From a virus (lineage: Duplodnaviria; Caudoviricetes), in IMG/VR virus record IMGVR_UViG_3300027747_002427: a DNA stretch of 64,000 nucleotides. One strand, 5' to 3'. Numbering within the stretch: position 1 is the first letter of the stretch; each line of letters begins with the position of its first letter. Under the pieces are notes generated by a model that made no database searches, was not told where the DNA came from, and was given only the letters and a program-made list of their open reading frames with translations. Of the stretch, positions 9,103 to 17,935 are shown one piece after another. Both the position numbers and the translations under genes were made by a program.

Positions 9103-9759
9103 ATGTGTGGAATATATGGAAATTTAGATTACGCAGAATTTTATCGGCTTTACAAATTAAACCAATCTAGAGGAAGTTATAGCACTGGTTTTTTATTAAC
9201 AGATATTGATGAATATGAGATAAAGAAAACTTCAGAAGAGATATCTTATTATCCTATAGCTCAGAAAAATTATTATCTTGGCCACAACAGAGCACCTACT
9301 ACTGATGAAAATGGAAAGGGATTAGTAGGATGCCATCCTTTCTCATATGGCGTTGCTATTGCAGCACATAACGGAATTATTTCTAATACTTTAGAATTAG
9401 AAAATGAATATAGAACAAAATTTGATGTAGATAGTCAATGGATACCTTATCTTTATGATTATTATGTTAAAAGAAATAATAATAAGCTAAGAGCATTTGA
9501 ATTGACGTTGCTTGAAATAGACGGAACTTACGGTATTTGGTTATATGATGTAAATGAAAAAGTCACCTTTGTTTCAAGAAGTGATAATACGGTTTATTGG
9601 AATGATCAAAAGACTTCTTTTTCTTCTGTTAATGACGAAGAACATAAAAATTTAATGCCACAAGGAGCTATATATACAAAAGAATTTAATGAAATCTCAT
9701 TTGTTGATATAAATGAGAATAACAGGTTGAATAAGAGACAGAAGTATTTTATTATATAA
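9103..9759 (+). CDS. Class II (Ntn) glutamine amidotransferase
   Basis: N-terminal MCGIYG with catalytic Cys2, LGHNRAPT, HPF, AHNGIISN, VDSQ; ATG directly follows the upstream TAA. Confidence 0.88.
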   Translation: MCGIYGNLDYAEFYRLYKLNQSRGSYSTGFLLTDIDEYEIKKTSEEISYYPIAQKNYYLGHNRAPTTDENGKGLVGCHPFSYGVAIAAHNGIISNTLELENEYRTKFDVDSQWIPYLYDYYVKRNNNKLRAFELTLLEIDGTYGIWLYDVNEKVTFVSRSDNTVYWNDQKTSFSSVNDEEHKNLMPQGAIYTKEFNEISFVDINENNRLNKRQKYFII

Positions 9760-9762
9760 GAC

Positions 9763-10335
9763 ATGAGTTATTTTAAACAAGATTATAATGGTGATTTGAT
9801 TCACAAGAGATTTGGTTATGAATACTTTAAGAAGGATTATGATCCTCTTGGTGTTATTATTGCATTCCGCGGCAACATGGATGTTACAGATAATTTAATT
9901 GATCTAGAAGACAAATTAAATAATGATTATATCTATTCAGAAGATGCTTTAAATTTCTGTTGGGAGATTCCAAATATTTGTCCTATTGGTGCAGTCTTCT
10001 TTCAAAGACTCTTTGCACGTTATATTGGAGATGAATTAGCCAACGGATATTACGGTAAATTTGAAGTTAAAGTAGATGGAGATGATATTATGATCCGTAA
10101 ACCCGGAGATGAGGAATATGGAAAAGCTAGTGTTAGCATTACTAAGGTTATTGATGGTAATGTAGCCATTGGTCATCTAGGCTTGAATATAAAAGCTGGT
10201 CCTAAAGCTCCTTCTTTTGCCTTTTCTCTTTTGTTGGATGATGCAAATGCTTCTTATCTTACGAATAGAATTAAGGCAATTTTTCAAGAGACTATTAAAG
10301 ATTGTTTTGTTGCTACTACAAAGGTAATCATTTAA
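9763..10335 (+). CDS. DUF366-like protein (BPL/LplA/class II aaRS-like fold)
   Basis: IIAFRGNMDV..NLIDLED....YIYSEDALNF.WE, AVFFQRLF, VDGDDI, KASVSI, HLGLNI match my recollection of the DUF366 family; needs HMM confirmation. Confidence 0.7.
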   Translation: MSYFKQDYNGDLIHKRFGYEYFKKDYDPLGVIIAFRGNMDVTDNLIDLEDKLNNDYIYSEDALNFCWEIPNICPIGAVFFQRLFARYIGDELANGYYGKFEVKVDGDDIMIRKPGDEEYGKASVSITKVIDGNVAIGHLGLNIKAGPKAPSFAFSLLLDDANASYLTNRIKAIFQETIKDCFVATTKVII

Positions 10336-10727
10336 TGGTTAAGAAAAATACTATAGATGGATTATTTCCTCTATTAGATTGGATTCTCAAAAAGAAGGGA
10401 AAGCTTCCTACAGATTTAAATTTACCAGGATCTTTCCTTATCAATAGATGGCTATCTATGACAGACCCTTCTGTAGCTCAAATTGTAAATGCCACTTCTA
10501 ATAGATGGATCAATAAAACAGAATTAGCTAAAGACAATCATTCTATATATAAATTCTTTTATTTAGTATTACCTAAAACCATTAAAAAGATTTCTTATAT
10601 TAAGAAATCAGGTAAGGAATATAATAATGAAGATGTTACAGATACAGCAACTTCTATGGAATGTTCAACTAAAGAAATAGAATTCTACAATAAAACCCTT
10701 GCAGAATTGAATGGAAAACTTAAATAA
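10335..10727 (+). CDS. gp62: Clamp loader small subunit (T4 gp62-like); start revised to ATG 10335
   Basis: FLINRWLSM...N...YKFFYLVLPK.IKKISYIKK resembles the gp62 pattern; TAATG stop/start overlap at 10333-10337. Confidence 0.55.
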   Translation: MVKKNTIDGLFPLLDWILKKKGKLPTDLNLPGSFLINRWLSMTDPSVAQIVNATSNRWINKTELAKDNHSIYKFFYLVLPKTIKKISYIKKSGKEYNNEDVTDTATSMECSTKEIEFYNKTLAELNGKLK

Positions 10728-10736
10728 CTTTAATAT

Positions 10737-11135
10737 ATGACAATTGCTAGACCTCAACAAGAAGATAGAATCCACGGATTAGTTCAAATAGAAAATTACA
10801 AAAGTAATTCTTTAGAATTAGATGATTGGACTTTAACCAAAGTCATGGATGATATCATTATGGTTCAATACATAGACCTTAATGAAGACGGTACAGAAGT
10901 AAATCGCAATGGTATTTGGTTACCTATCAATGCCGTCAACCATGTTTGGAGAATCGGTAGAGTAGTCCTCGCTGGTCCTAATTGTAAAACTGTAAAGGAA
11001 GGAGATAATGTAGTATTCCCTAATGATAAGGGTATTCAGGTTTCAAGTATAAATGATCTGAAACACATTGTTTTCTTGAACGAAGCTCGCATCTTTGGTG
11101 TTTGCGAACCTAAAAAGAGCAAGAAAACTAAGTGA
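10737..11135 (+). CDS. groES: GroES-like co-chaperonin (functional analogue of T4 gp31)
   Basis: DDIIMVQ..mobile loop RNGIWLP..GRVVLAGPNCKTVKEGDNVVF..FLNEARIFGV. Confidence 0.75.
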   Translation: MTIARPQQEDRIHGLVQIENYKSNSLELDDWTLTKVMDDIIMVQYIDLNEDGTEVNRNGIWLPINAVNHVWRIGRVVLAGPNCKTVKEGDNVVFPNDKGIQVSSINDLKHIVFLNEARIFGVCEPKKSKKTK

Positions 11136-11515
11136 AGCTTTCTCTTGGTGGTTTAAAAAGTCTGTTAGAATCAAACGTCGTAGAAATTAAATTTGTACGA
11201 CGAATGAAAGTAGCAGGTAGACCAGCCACTAGAAGAATGTTAGCAACACTTGATCGTGGAATATTAGATTCAAAATTAGGAAGAGAAATTTTAAATTTTA
11301 AACAACCAACACAGAGTCCAGCTTATAATGCTGTTTCAAAAGGTCTTTTAACTGTATGGGATATTTTTTTCCAAGATTGGAGAATGGTGCCTGTAACTAA
11401 TTGTGAAGTAGTGTCAGTTGTACCATCTAAACCACCAGAAAAATTTTGGGAATATTTTAATAAAACAATAGGAAATATGGATGCAGCTCAGAAAGCAGCA
11501 TTTATGGACAAATAA
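11132..11515 (+). CDS. SH3/WYL-like beta-barrel protein (DUF2693-like)
   Basis: VVEIKFVRR...RRMLATL...LTVWDIFFQDWRMVP pattern; GTGA overlap with the upstream stop. Confidence 0.6.
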   Translation: MKLSLGGLKSLLESNVVEIKFVRRMKVAGRPATRRMLATLDRGILDSKLGREILNFKQPTQSPAYNAVSKGLLTVWDIFFQDWRMVPVTNCEVVSVVPSKPPEKFWEYFNKTIGNMDAAQKAAFMDK

Positions 11516-11516
11516 A

Positions 11517-11876
11517 ATGAGTATCAACGGAACAATTATAGAGGAAGCTTGTAAATTTCTTTTACAGAAAAAAGTGTCTTTAGAATTTGGCAATAAAATT
11601 TATAAACAAGGAAAACTTATTCTTTTTTATCAAAAGAATTTTTATATAATGTTTATAATGGATACACTTCGTAAGGAAAGAGAAAAAATTGAAATTCCTA
11701 TTCCTTATGGAGTTGAAATCCATGAAGAAGATGATTTAATATATTTTGATTACAGAGTCAAAACATTAGCCAAACATGCACCAGAGATAGAAAATTATCT
11801 TCGAGTATATCCAAGTAAAACATCTAACAATAAATTTTGGGATTCCATTTTAACTATTAACGCTTCCAATGAATAA
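11517..11876 (+). CDS. Hypothetical protein (start revised to ATG 11517)
   Basis: ATG 1 nt after the upstream TAA gives MSINGTIIEE...; ATGA overlap downstream. Confidence 0.65.
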   Translation: MSINGTIIEEACKFLLQKKVSLEFGNKIYKQGKLILFYQKNFYIMFIMDTLRKEREKIEIPIPYGVEIHEEDDLIYFDYRVKTLAKHAPEIENYLRVYPSKTSNNKFWDSILTINASNE

Positions 11877-12114
11877 AACATTAGTATACAGTGTCTTTTC
11901 CGCAACCTACTATGAGGTTTTAGAATCAGACGTACCTTTATTAGATATAGGCCAATTACCTCTTCTCAAGATGCCTAAGTCAAATTGTAATAAATGCCAA
12001 GGCAGAGGTCATTTAGGCAGGGATACACAAAATTATACATATGCAGTGTGTTCTTGCGTGAGAAAAGCAATTAACTTTGATATAATAAAGAGTGCAGAAA
12101 TTACTAAGCTCTAA
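11869..12114 (+). CDS. Small Zn-finger-like protein
   Basis: CNKCQGRG...VCSC motif. Confidence 0.6.
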   Translation: MNKTLVYSVFSATYYEVLESDVPLLDIGQLPLLKMPKSNCNKCQGRGHLGRDTQNYTYAVCSCVRKAINFDIIKSAEITKL

Positions 12115-13762
12115 ATATCTAGAAACCTTTTCAGGAACTCCAAGACCTCAACAGGAGGAAGCCTTGGAGAAAATAGATAAAGCATTTTCAGCAGGTAAGA
12201 AATATGTCATTGCATGTCTTCCTACAGGATCTGGTAAATCACATATAGGAGTTGCAGTTGCAGCTTCTACAAAGAATGTAGATCAAGACCGTAAATCTAT
12301 TTTAGAAAATTACGGTATATATAAAAGAGATCGTAATGGAGGTTATCTTTACGAAGAAGATTTTAATGATAAGCCTTCGTATGGAAGTTACATTTTAACA
12401 GTCACCCGATCTTTGCAAGATCAATACAAAGAACTCTTCAATGACATTGTATTGGCCAAAGGAAAGAACAATTACAATTGTGATGTAGACAAGAATCTAT
12501 CGGTTGACTTTGCTCCTTGCTTGTTCTCTGCTAATTTAAGAGAGGATTGCTTTAGTAAAAATAGGTGTCCTTATTACAAGACTAAGAATGAGGCACTCTT
12601 ATCGCAATACTCAGTTTTAAATTATAGGTATCTTATTAGTCTTCCTCCTTATTTGAGAAGGAGAGAAGTATTTGTTTGTGATGAAGCTAGTCAGATAGAA
12701 GATGAATTGGTAGGTCAATATTCAGTTACGGTTCCTTATTCTTTCTTAGCAGCAGAGGATATACCATTTAAGAAATTAATATCAGACGATTCTGATGAAG
12801 CCGGAAGATGGTTACAAGATATTTATATTCTTCTTAAAGATGAATTAGCAGATCTCAAACACAAAGTATCTTTGCTTTCTCAAAAGAACAATTCCTTTTC
12901 TGGTATTCAATTTAAACAGATGCAAAGACTTAGCAAGATGACGGGAATGGTTAATACTATAGGAGACGTAGTAGAGTCATGGCATGAATGTGAATATATG
13001 GTCGAAAAGAAAGATTCAGAATCAGTTACATTTACACCTTATGATATTAGACCATTAGCCAAGCGTATATTTGATTATGCGGATAAAGTTTTAATGATGT
13101 CTGCAACCATTAGTAACCCCAAAGAATTTGCTAAAAGTTTAGGCATTAAAGAAAATGAATTTGAATATATAGAAATTAAATCAACTTTCGAGGCACAGAA
13201 GTCACCTATATTTTGTTCCACAAAACACAATTTGTCTTATTCTAATATGGCTAAGGATTTACCTAGAGTATTGGATTTAGCATTACAAATATGTGATAGT
13301 CACAAAGGAGAAAAGGGTATCATTCATACTCATACTAATCAAATCACTGAAGCTTTAAAGAAGAAAATAAGAAATCAAAAAAGACAATTTCTTTTTAGAG
13401 AAGTAGGTACCTCTAATGAAGATATTGTAAAAATTCATAAAGAAGAAATAGATACAGATTCAGTTTTAGTTAGCCCGTCACTAGATACTGGGTTAAGTTT
13501 AGATGGAGATTTAGGAAGATTTCAAATTATCATTAAAGCACCTTATATGCCTCTTGGATCCAAACGTATTAAGAAAATGTTTGAAAAGAATAAAGAACAT
13601 TATTCTATGAAGATGCTTGATTCTCTTATTCAGATGAGCGGTAGATGTACTAGATCTTCAGAAGATCATTCTATTACCTATATACTAGACGGGGTGGCAG
13701 TTAAAGCTGTTATGAATAATAAAAGGAATTTACCCAAACACTTTTTAGATCGATTCCAGTAA
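12092..13762 (+). CDS. SF2 ATP-dependent DNA helicase, DinG/XPD/Rad3 family, with putative Fe-S cluster
   Basis: Q motif PRPQQ, LPTGSGKS, LQDQY, four Cys (C-x12-C-x9-C-x5-C), CDEAS, MSAT, GLSLDG, QMSGRCTRS. Confidence 0.88.
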   Translation: MQKLLSSKYLETFSGTPRPQQEEALEKIDKAFSAGKKYVIACLPTGSGKSHIGVAVAASTKNVDQDRKSILENYGIYKRDRNGGYLYEEDFNDKPSYGSYILTVTRSLQDQYKELFNDIVLAKGKNNYNCDVDKNLSVDFAPCLFSANLREDCFSKNRCPYYKTKNEALLSQYSVLNYRYLISLPPYLRRREVFVCDEASQIEDELVGQYSVTVPYSFLAAEDIPFKKLISDDSDEAGRWLQDIYILLKDELADLKHKVSLLSQKNNSFSGIQFKQMQRLSKMTGMVNTIGDVVESWHECEYMVEKKDSESVTFTPYDIRPLAKRIFDYADKVLMMSATISNPKEFAKSLGIKENEFEYIEIKSTFEAQKSPIFCSTKHNLSYSNMAKDLPRVLDLALQICDSHKGEKGIIHTHTNQITEALKKKIRNQKRQFLFREVGTSNEDIVKIHKEEIDTDSVLVSPSLDTGLSLDGDLGRFQIIIKAPYMPLGSKRIKKMFEKNKEHYSMKMLDSLIQMSGRCTRSSEDHSITYILDGVAVKAVMNNKRNLPKHFLDRFQ

Positions 13763-13765
13763 GTA
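13760..13765 (+). promoter_or_regulatory. Late promoter variant TAAGTA
   Basis: 8 nt upstream of the gp15 ATG. Confidence 0.5.
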
Positions 13766-13773
13766 TAAGACGA

Positions 13774-14580
13774 ATGCGTCTATATACTTTTAATTTTGAA
13801 ATACAAACTTTATTAGAGCAATTTGTATCAGCTTTCAATGATATCATCATTAAAAGATATGATAACAATAAAACTTTAACAAGTCCTACATCTGGAAATT
13901 ATGTAAAATTTGTTTATGCCCCTAAACAAAGAGTATATGAAACCATAAACACTCCAGCACCTGGTGGTATTACATTACCTGTGGTTGCAGTTAATATAAC
14001 AAGTGTTGCTAGAGATCAGGCAAGAGTCTTTAATAAGATAGAAGGATTCGTAGCCAATGCCGGATCTGGTTATTCTAATGGTCTAGTACAAAAAATACCC
14101 CAACCAGTACCAATAAACATAACAGTCAATATGACTATTATAACAAAGTATCAAACAGATATGGATCAAATTATTAGTAATTTTATACCCTATTGTGATC
14201 CTTATATTATTATTTCTTGGAAGTTACCTTCATTTTCTAAAAACACAGAACCTTATGAATTGCGTTCTGAAGTATTATGGAACGGAACTGTTAATATGTC
14301 TTATCCAACAGAATTAAATAATAATCAAGCTCAGAGATTAACAGCTGAAACATCTTTTACGATAAAAGGATGGTTGTTTAAGAAGATGGATGAAACCGTT
14401 AAGAAGATCTATACTATTGATACTAAATATATAGACCAAGAACCTACGGTTAAGCTTACACCAGCTCAAAACAACACAACAGCAGCTAATAACCAACCTA
14501 TTGAAGGTTTTAATAAAGGTGATTTAGTATTCATTATTAATAATAATAATGAAAATGATTCCATTTTTGTTAACATATAA
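13774..14580 (+). CDS. gp15: Tail sheath stabiliser/tail terminator (T4 gp15 family)
   Basis: FVSAFNDIIIKRYD, YAPKQR, TLPVVAV, PVPINITVNMTI, QIISNFIPY, FTIKGWLF. Confidence 0.85.
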   Translation: MRLYTFNFEIQTLLEQFVSAFNDIIIKRYDNNKTLTSPTSGNYVKFVYAPKQRVYETINTPAPGGITLPVVAVNITSVARDQARVFNKIEGFVANAGSGYSNGLVQKIPQPVPINITVNMTIITKYQTDMDQIISNFIPYCDPYIIISWKLPSFSKNTEPYELRSEVLWNGTVNMSYPTELNNNQAQRLTAETSFTIKGWLFKKMDETVKKIYTIDTKYIDQEPTVKLTPAQNNTTAANNQPIEGFNKGDLVFIINNNNENDSIFVNI

Positions 14581-14605
14581 ATTGTAATTGGATAAATATA
14601 TAATA

Positions 14606-15484
14606 ATGGATTCTGTAATACCAAATAATTTTCACGGATCATTGACCTTTGCTCCTAAAGTCACTACATATGATCTTTTAGCTCAGAGAGTGAGAAGAGC
14701 TCTTGGAGAACCTTTAATCCAAGTAGAAGTTAGCAGTGAGCAAATGTATGAAAATATAGATTATGCATGTGAGTATTTTACTAAATTTGCTGGCACCACA
14801 GAAGAATTTTTAGTTTTTAGATCAGACTTATATGTTCCAGGTGTAGGTCTTCCTATCGGAAGAATGATGAATATCACACCACAAATGTATCAATCAGCTA
14901 ATCCGGATTCGGCAACCGCTAGTCTTAGTGGCGGATGGGATATGGATAGAAATGCTTATAGACCAGTTGTTGATGTATATTCTTTTGCAGAAGGTAATAA
15001 TACAGGTATTAATACATTGTTTACTATTGAACATACAATAGCACAACAAGCTTATTTTGGTCATCTTTTAGGTAATGTTGGTTACGATTTAATAACTTGG
15101 CAAGCATTGAAGAGCTGGTTAGATACAAGAGATAAAGTTTTAGCTTTAACTCCTTATATAAGATTTGATGCTCATAATCAAGTATTAAAATTAATACCCG
15201 AGCCTCAAAGATTGCCCCCTTATTTTGGATTGGTTGGGTGTCATATGACTTTACCTATTAAAGACATCGTAAGTCAAATGTGGGTTTATAGATATGTATT
15301 AGCTTTAACAAAAATAAATGTAGCCCATGTGAGAAGCAAATATGCTGGTACAAATATTTTTGGAGGACAGACAGTTAATGCCTCAGATCTTTTCAGACAA
15401 GGTGAAAAGGAAAAGGATGAATTAGAACAAGAGATTCAAACCAAAATGGTTGACACTCTACCTCCCAAATTCTTCATTGGGTGA
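14606..15484 (+). CDS. gp13: Neck protein (T4 gp13 family); start revised from TTG 14588 to ATG 14606
   Basis: LLAQRVRRALGEPLIQVEVSSEQMYENIDYACEYF and C-terminal KYAGTNIFGGQTVNA...GEKEKDELE..PPKFFIG; TAAATA at 14593-14598 lies 7 nt before ATG 14606. Confidence 0.88.
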   Translation: MDSVIPNNFHGSLTFAPKVTTYDLLAQRVRRALGEPLIQVEVSSEQMYENIDYACEYFTKFAGTTEEFLVFRSDLYVPGVGLPIGRMMNITPQMYQSANPDSATASLSGGWDMDRNAYRPVVDVYSFAEGNNTGINTLFTIEHTIAQQAYFGHLLGNVGYDLITWQALKSWLDTRDKVLALTPYIRFDAHNQVLKLIPEPQRLPPYFGLVGCHMTLPIKDIVSQMWVYRYVLALTKINVAHVRSKYAGTNIFGGQTVNASDLFRQGEKEKDELEQEIQTKMVDTLPPKFFIG

Positions 15485-15942
15485 AAATTCCAATTAAAAA
15501 GAAGAATAGAAATTTTCTTCAAGGAACTTTTATTCCAAAGAATCCAAACAAATATAAAGGTTCTTTACCAATTGTATATCGTTCATCTTTAGAATTAAAA
15601 TGTTTTCGGTGGATGGATAATAATATTAATGTTATTACCTGGGGTTCTGAATCGGTAGTTATTCCTTATCAATCACCATTAGATGGAAGATTACATAGAT
15701 ATTTTGTTGACATTGTTGCTCTATTAAAAGACAAAGAAGGTATTTTTAAAAAAATATTAATAGAAATAAAACCTTCTAAATATGTAGCCAAACCAATTAT
15801 TACTCCTAGAAAAAGTAAAAAAACAATTTTATTTGAACAAACCCAATATATTCTTAATCAAGCTAAATGGGAAGCAGCAACCGCTTGGGCTAAAAACAAA
15901 GGTTATATATTTTTAATTATAACTGAAAAGGATTTAGTTTAG
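15481..15942 (+). CDS. gp4: Head completion nuclease (T4 gp4 family, TnsA-like PD-(D/E)xK)
   Basis: PKNPNKYKG..IVYRSSLE...W.SE.V.IPY.SPLDGR.HRYFVD...IEIKP...NQAKWEAA; GTGA overlap. Confidence 0.92.
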   Translation: MKIPIKKKNRNFLQGTFIPKNPNKYKGSLPIVYRSSLELKCFRWMDNNINVITWGSESVVIPYQSPLDGRLHRYFVDIVALLKDKEGIFKKILIEIKPSKYVAKPIITPRKSKKTILFEQTQYILNQAKWEAATAWAKNKGYIFLIITEKDLV

Positions 15943-15961
15943 TGATTGTGCCGCTTTGAAG

Positions 15962-15969
15962 TATAAATA
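15962..15969 (+). promoter_or_regulatory. T4 late promoter TATAAATA
   Basis: Exact consensus 17 nt upstream of the gp21 ATG. Confidence 0.75.
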
Positions 15970-15986
15970 TTTCCAATAATATTATT

Positions 15987-16661
15987 ATGAGTCAAAACGT
16001 TTATAATCTTTTAGTTGAAGAACCTGTCTATGAAGTCAAATATTTAATAGAAGAAAAAAACAGAAACACACCTTCTATCCTTCATATTGAAGGTGATTTT
16101 TTAATGGCTAATAAGCCTAATAAGAATAAGAGAGTTTATCCATTAGAAGAAATGGTTAAAGAGGTTAACCGTTATCAATCTGAAATGATTGAAACTAATA
16201 GAGCAACCGGTGAATTGAATCACCCTTCTTCTCCAGAAGTTAATTTAGAAAGAATATGTCATATGGTTACAGAGCTAAGACAAGAAGGAGATATTTTTAA
16301 AGGTAAGTCTAGAGTACTTTCCACACCTATGGGTCAAATTGTTCGTTCATTAATAATGGACGGAGTGCGTCTTGGTGTATCTAGTAGAGCATTAGGAGCT
16401 CTTACACCAGACGGTAATGGTACCAATAGAGTTTCAGATTTTAGATTAGTAGCAGTAGACGTTGTTGCTGATCCTTCAGTACCTTCTGCTTTTGTTAATG
16501 GTATATTAGAATCCAAGCAATGGATATTAAATGAGTACGGTCAATTTGCACCGACTTATGAAAATTTCGAAAAGAATATAGCATCTTTACCTAAAAAAAT
16601 GTCAGATCAATATCTCAGAGAACAAGTCATTAATTTTATTAATGCATTAAAAACTCTTTAA
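15987..16661 (+). CDS. gp21: Prohead core protease (T4 gp21 family)
   Basis: NKNKRVYP, GELNHP, INLERI-like VNLERICH, LGVSSRALG, VDVVADPSVPSAFVNGILE. Confidence 0.96.
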   Translation: MSQNVYNLLVEEPVYEVKYLIEEKNRNTPSILHIEGDFLMANKPNKNKRVYPLEEMVKEVNRYQSEMIETNRATGELNHPSSPEVNLERICHMVTELRQEGDIFKGKSRVLSTPMGQIVRSLIMDGVRLGVSSRALGALTPDGNGTNRVSDFRLVAVDVVADPSVPSAFVNGILESKQWILNEYGQFAPTYENFEKNIASLPKKMSDQYLREQVINFINALKTL

Positions 16662-16695
16662 TTTGTCACAGACAAGGGTAAATAAATAACATAAC

Positions 16696-16965
16696 ATGAG
16701 TATCCGTTCCGTAATTTCAAAATTCATAGCTCAGATTTGTGAAAAAGATTACAAGTCAGCTAACACAACTTTAGATACAATAGTATCTGAAAAGGTTAAG
16801 ACTCGTATCAAGAGCACAGCTGAAAAGCAAAAAGCAAAGAAAGTCAGCAAAGACATTTCTAAGGAAGTTAAGAAAGGTCATCCACAAAAGCAAGCAGTTG
16901 CTATTGCCCTTTCAAAAGCTGGTGTAAAAAAAGGTGACAAAAAGGCCACCAAGAAGAGTAAGTAA
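16696..16965 (+). CDS. Small prohead-core-like protein (gp67-like position) with basic C-terminal KQAVAIALSKAG module
   Basis: Helical N-terminus plus GHPQKQAVAIALSKAG; lies between gp21 and gp22; TAAATA upstream. Confidence 0.65.
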   Translation: MSIRSVISKFIAQICEKDYKSANTTLDTIVSEKVKTRIKSTAEKQKAKKVSKDISKEVKKGHPQKQAVAIALSKAGVKKGDKKATKKSK

Positions 16966-16982
16966 TTGCAACAATAAATTTT

Positions 16983-17864
16983 ATGGATCTTTCATCTATT
17001 CTCAAAAATATAGACAGTAATGTTTTAAATGAAGAAACAGCTACAGCTATTGCTGAGGCGTTTACAAGTGCAGTTGACGAAAAAGTCAATGCAAAAGTTT
17101 CTCTTGAATTAGAGAGTGCTCTTAGTAAACAAGATGAAGAGCATGCTTCTAAGTTAGAAAAGCTTTTAGAAGCTATTGATAATGATCACTCACAAAAATT
17201 AGAAACAGTTGTTGAGGCTATTAATTTAAGTCACACATCAAAGTTAGAAAAGCTTGTTTCTTATTATAGAGCAGCTCTTAATGAGAAAGCTGAAAGCTTT
17301 AGCAACAAGGTTGTTGAAGAGATCAGCAACTTCTTAGATCTTTATCTTGAGAAGGCAGTTCCACAAGTTCAATTAGATGAAGCAGTTGCTAATACAACAG
17401 CTAAGCAGCAACTTGAGCAAATCAAGAGCATCCTTGCTTTTGACCCGTCTTCGTTAAATGAAGATGTCAAGAGTCTCATTTCACAGGGAAAGGGTAAGAT
17501 TGATGAGCTTCAAGCTCAACTCAATGAGTCCTATAATGAAAATTTAGCCCTCACCCAACAGCTTAACCATGCTAAGTCATCTCTTCTTTTAGAAGAAAAG
17601 ACAAAGGGTATGCGTTCTGCTAAGAAGAATTTTATTACAAAAATATTGAGCGACAAGGCTCCTGAGTATATCTCGGAGAATTTTAACTATGTCGTTGAGA
17701 TGTTCGAGAGAGAAGACAAAGAAACATCAGCAAGTCTCGTTGAAGAGGCTAAGCAAACTTCAGTATCTAAAGATGCTAAAGTACCAGCAGCTGTAATTTC
17801 AGAGTCAAAGAAAGAAGCTTATAGCCCAGTCTCCGGATATCTTACAGCTTTAAAAGAGGCCTAA
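16983..17864 (+). CDS. gp22: Prohead scaffolding core protein (T4 gp22 family)
   Basis: Coiled-coil acidic protein between protease and capsid; many L-x-E cleavage-type sites; ends YLTAL. Confidence 0.88.
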   Translation: MDLSSILKNIDSNVLNEETATAIAEAFTSAVDEKVNAKVSLELESALSKQDEEHASKLEKLLEAIDNDHSQKLETVVEAINLSHTSKLEKLVSYYRAALNEKAESFSNKVVEEISNFLDLYLEKAVPQVQLDEAVANTTAKQQLEQIKSILAFDPSSLNEDVKSLISQGKGKIDELQAQLNESYNENLALTQQLNHAKSSLLLEEKTKGMRSAKKNFITKILSDKAPEYISENFNYVVEMFEREDKETSASLVEEAKQTSVSKDAKVPAAVISESKKEAYSPVSGYLTALKEA

Positions 17865-17920
17865 GCCGCTTTTACCGGTTGGAGAAGAGCAATTAAGCGC
17901 TTCCCGAATTCTATTCAAAT

Positions 17921-17926
17921 AGGAGA
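17921..17926 (+). promoter_or_regulatory. Shine-Dalgarno AGGAGA of gp23
   Basis: 9 nt before ATG 17936; the only clear SD I found in the window. Confidence 0.65.
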
Positions 17927-17935
17927 ACTATAAAT

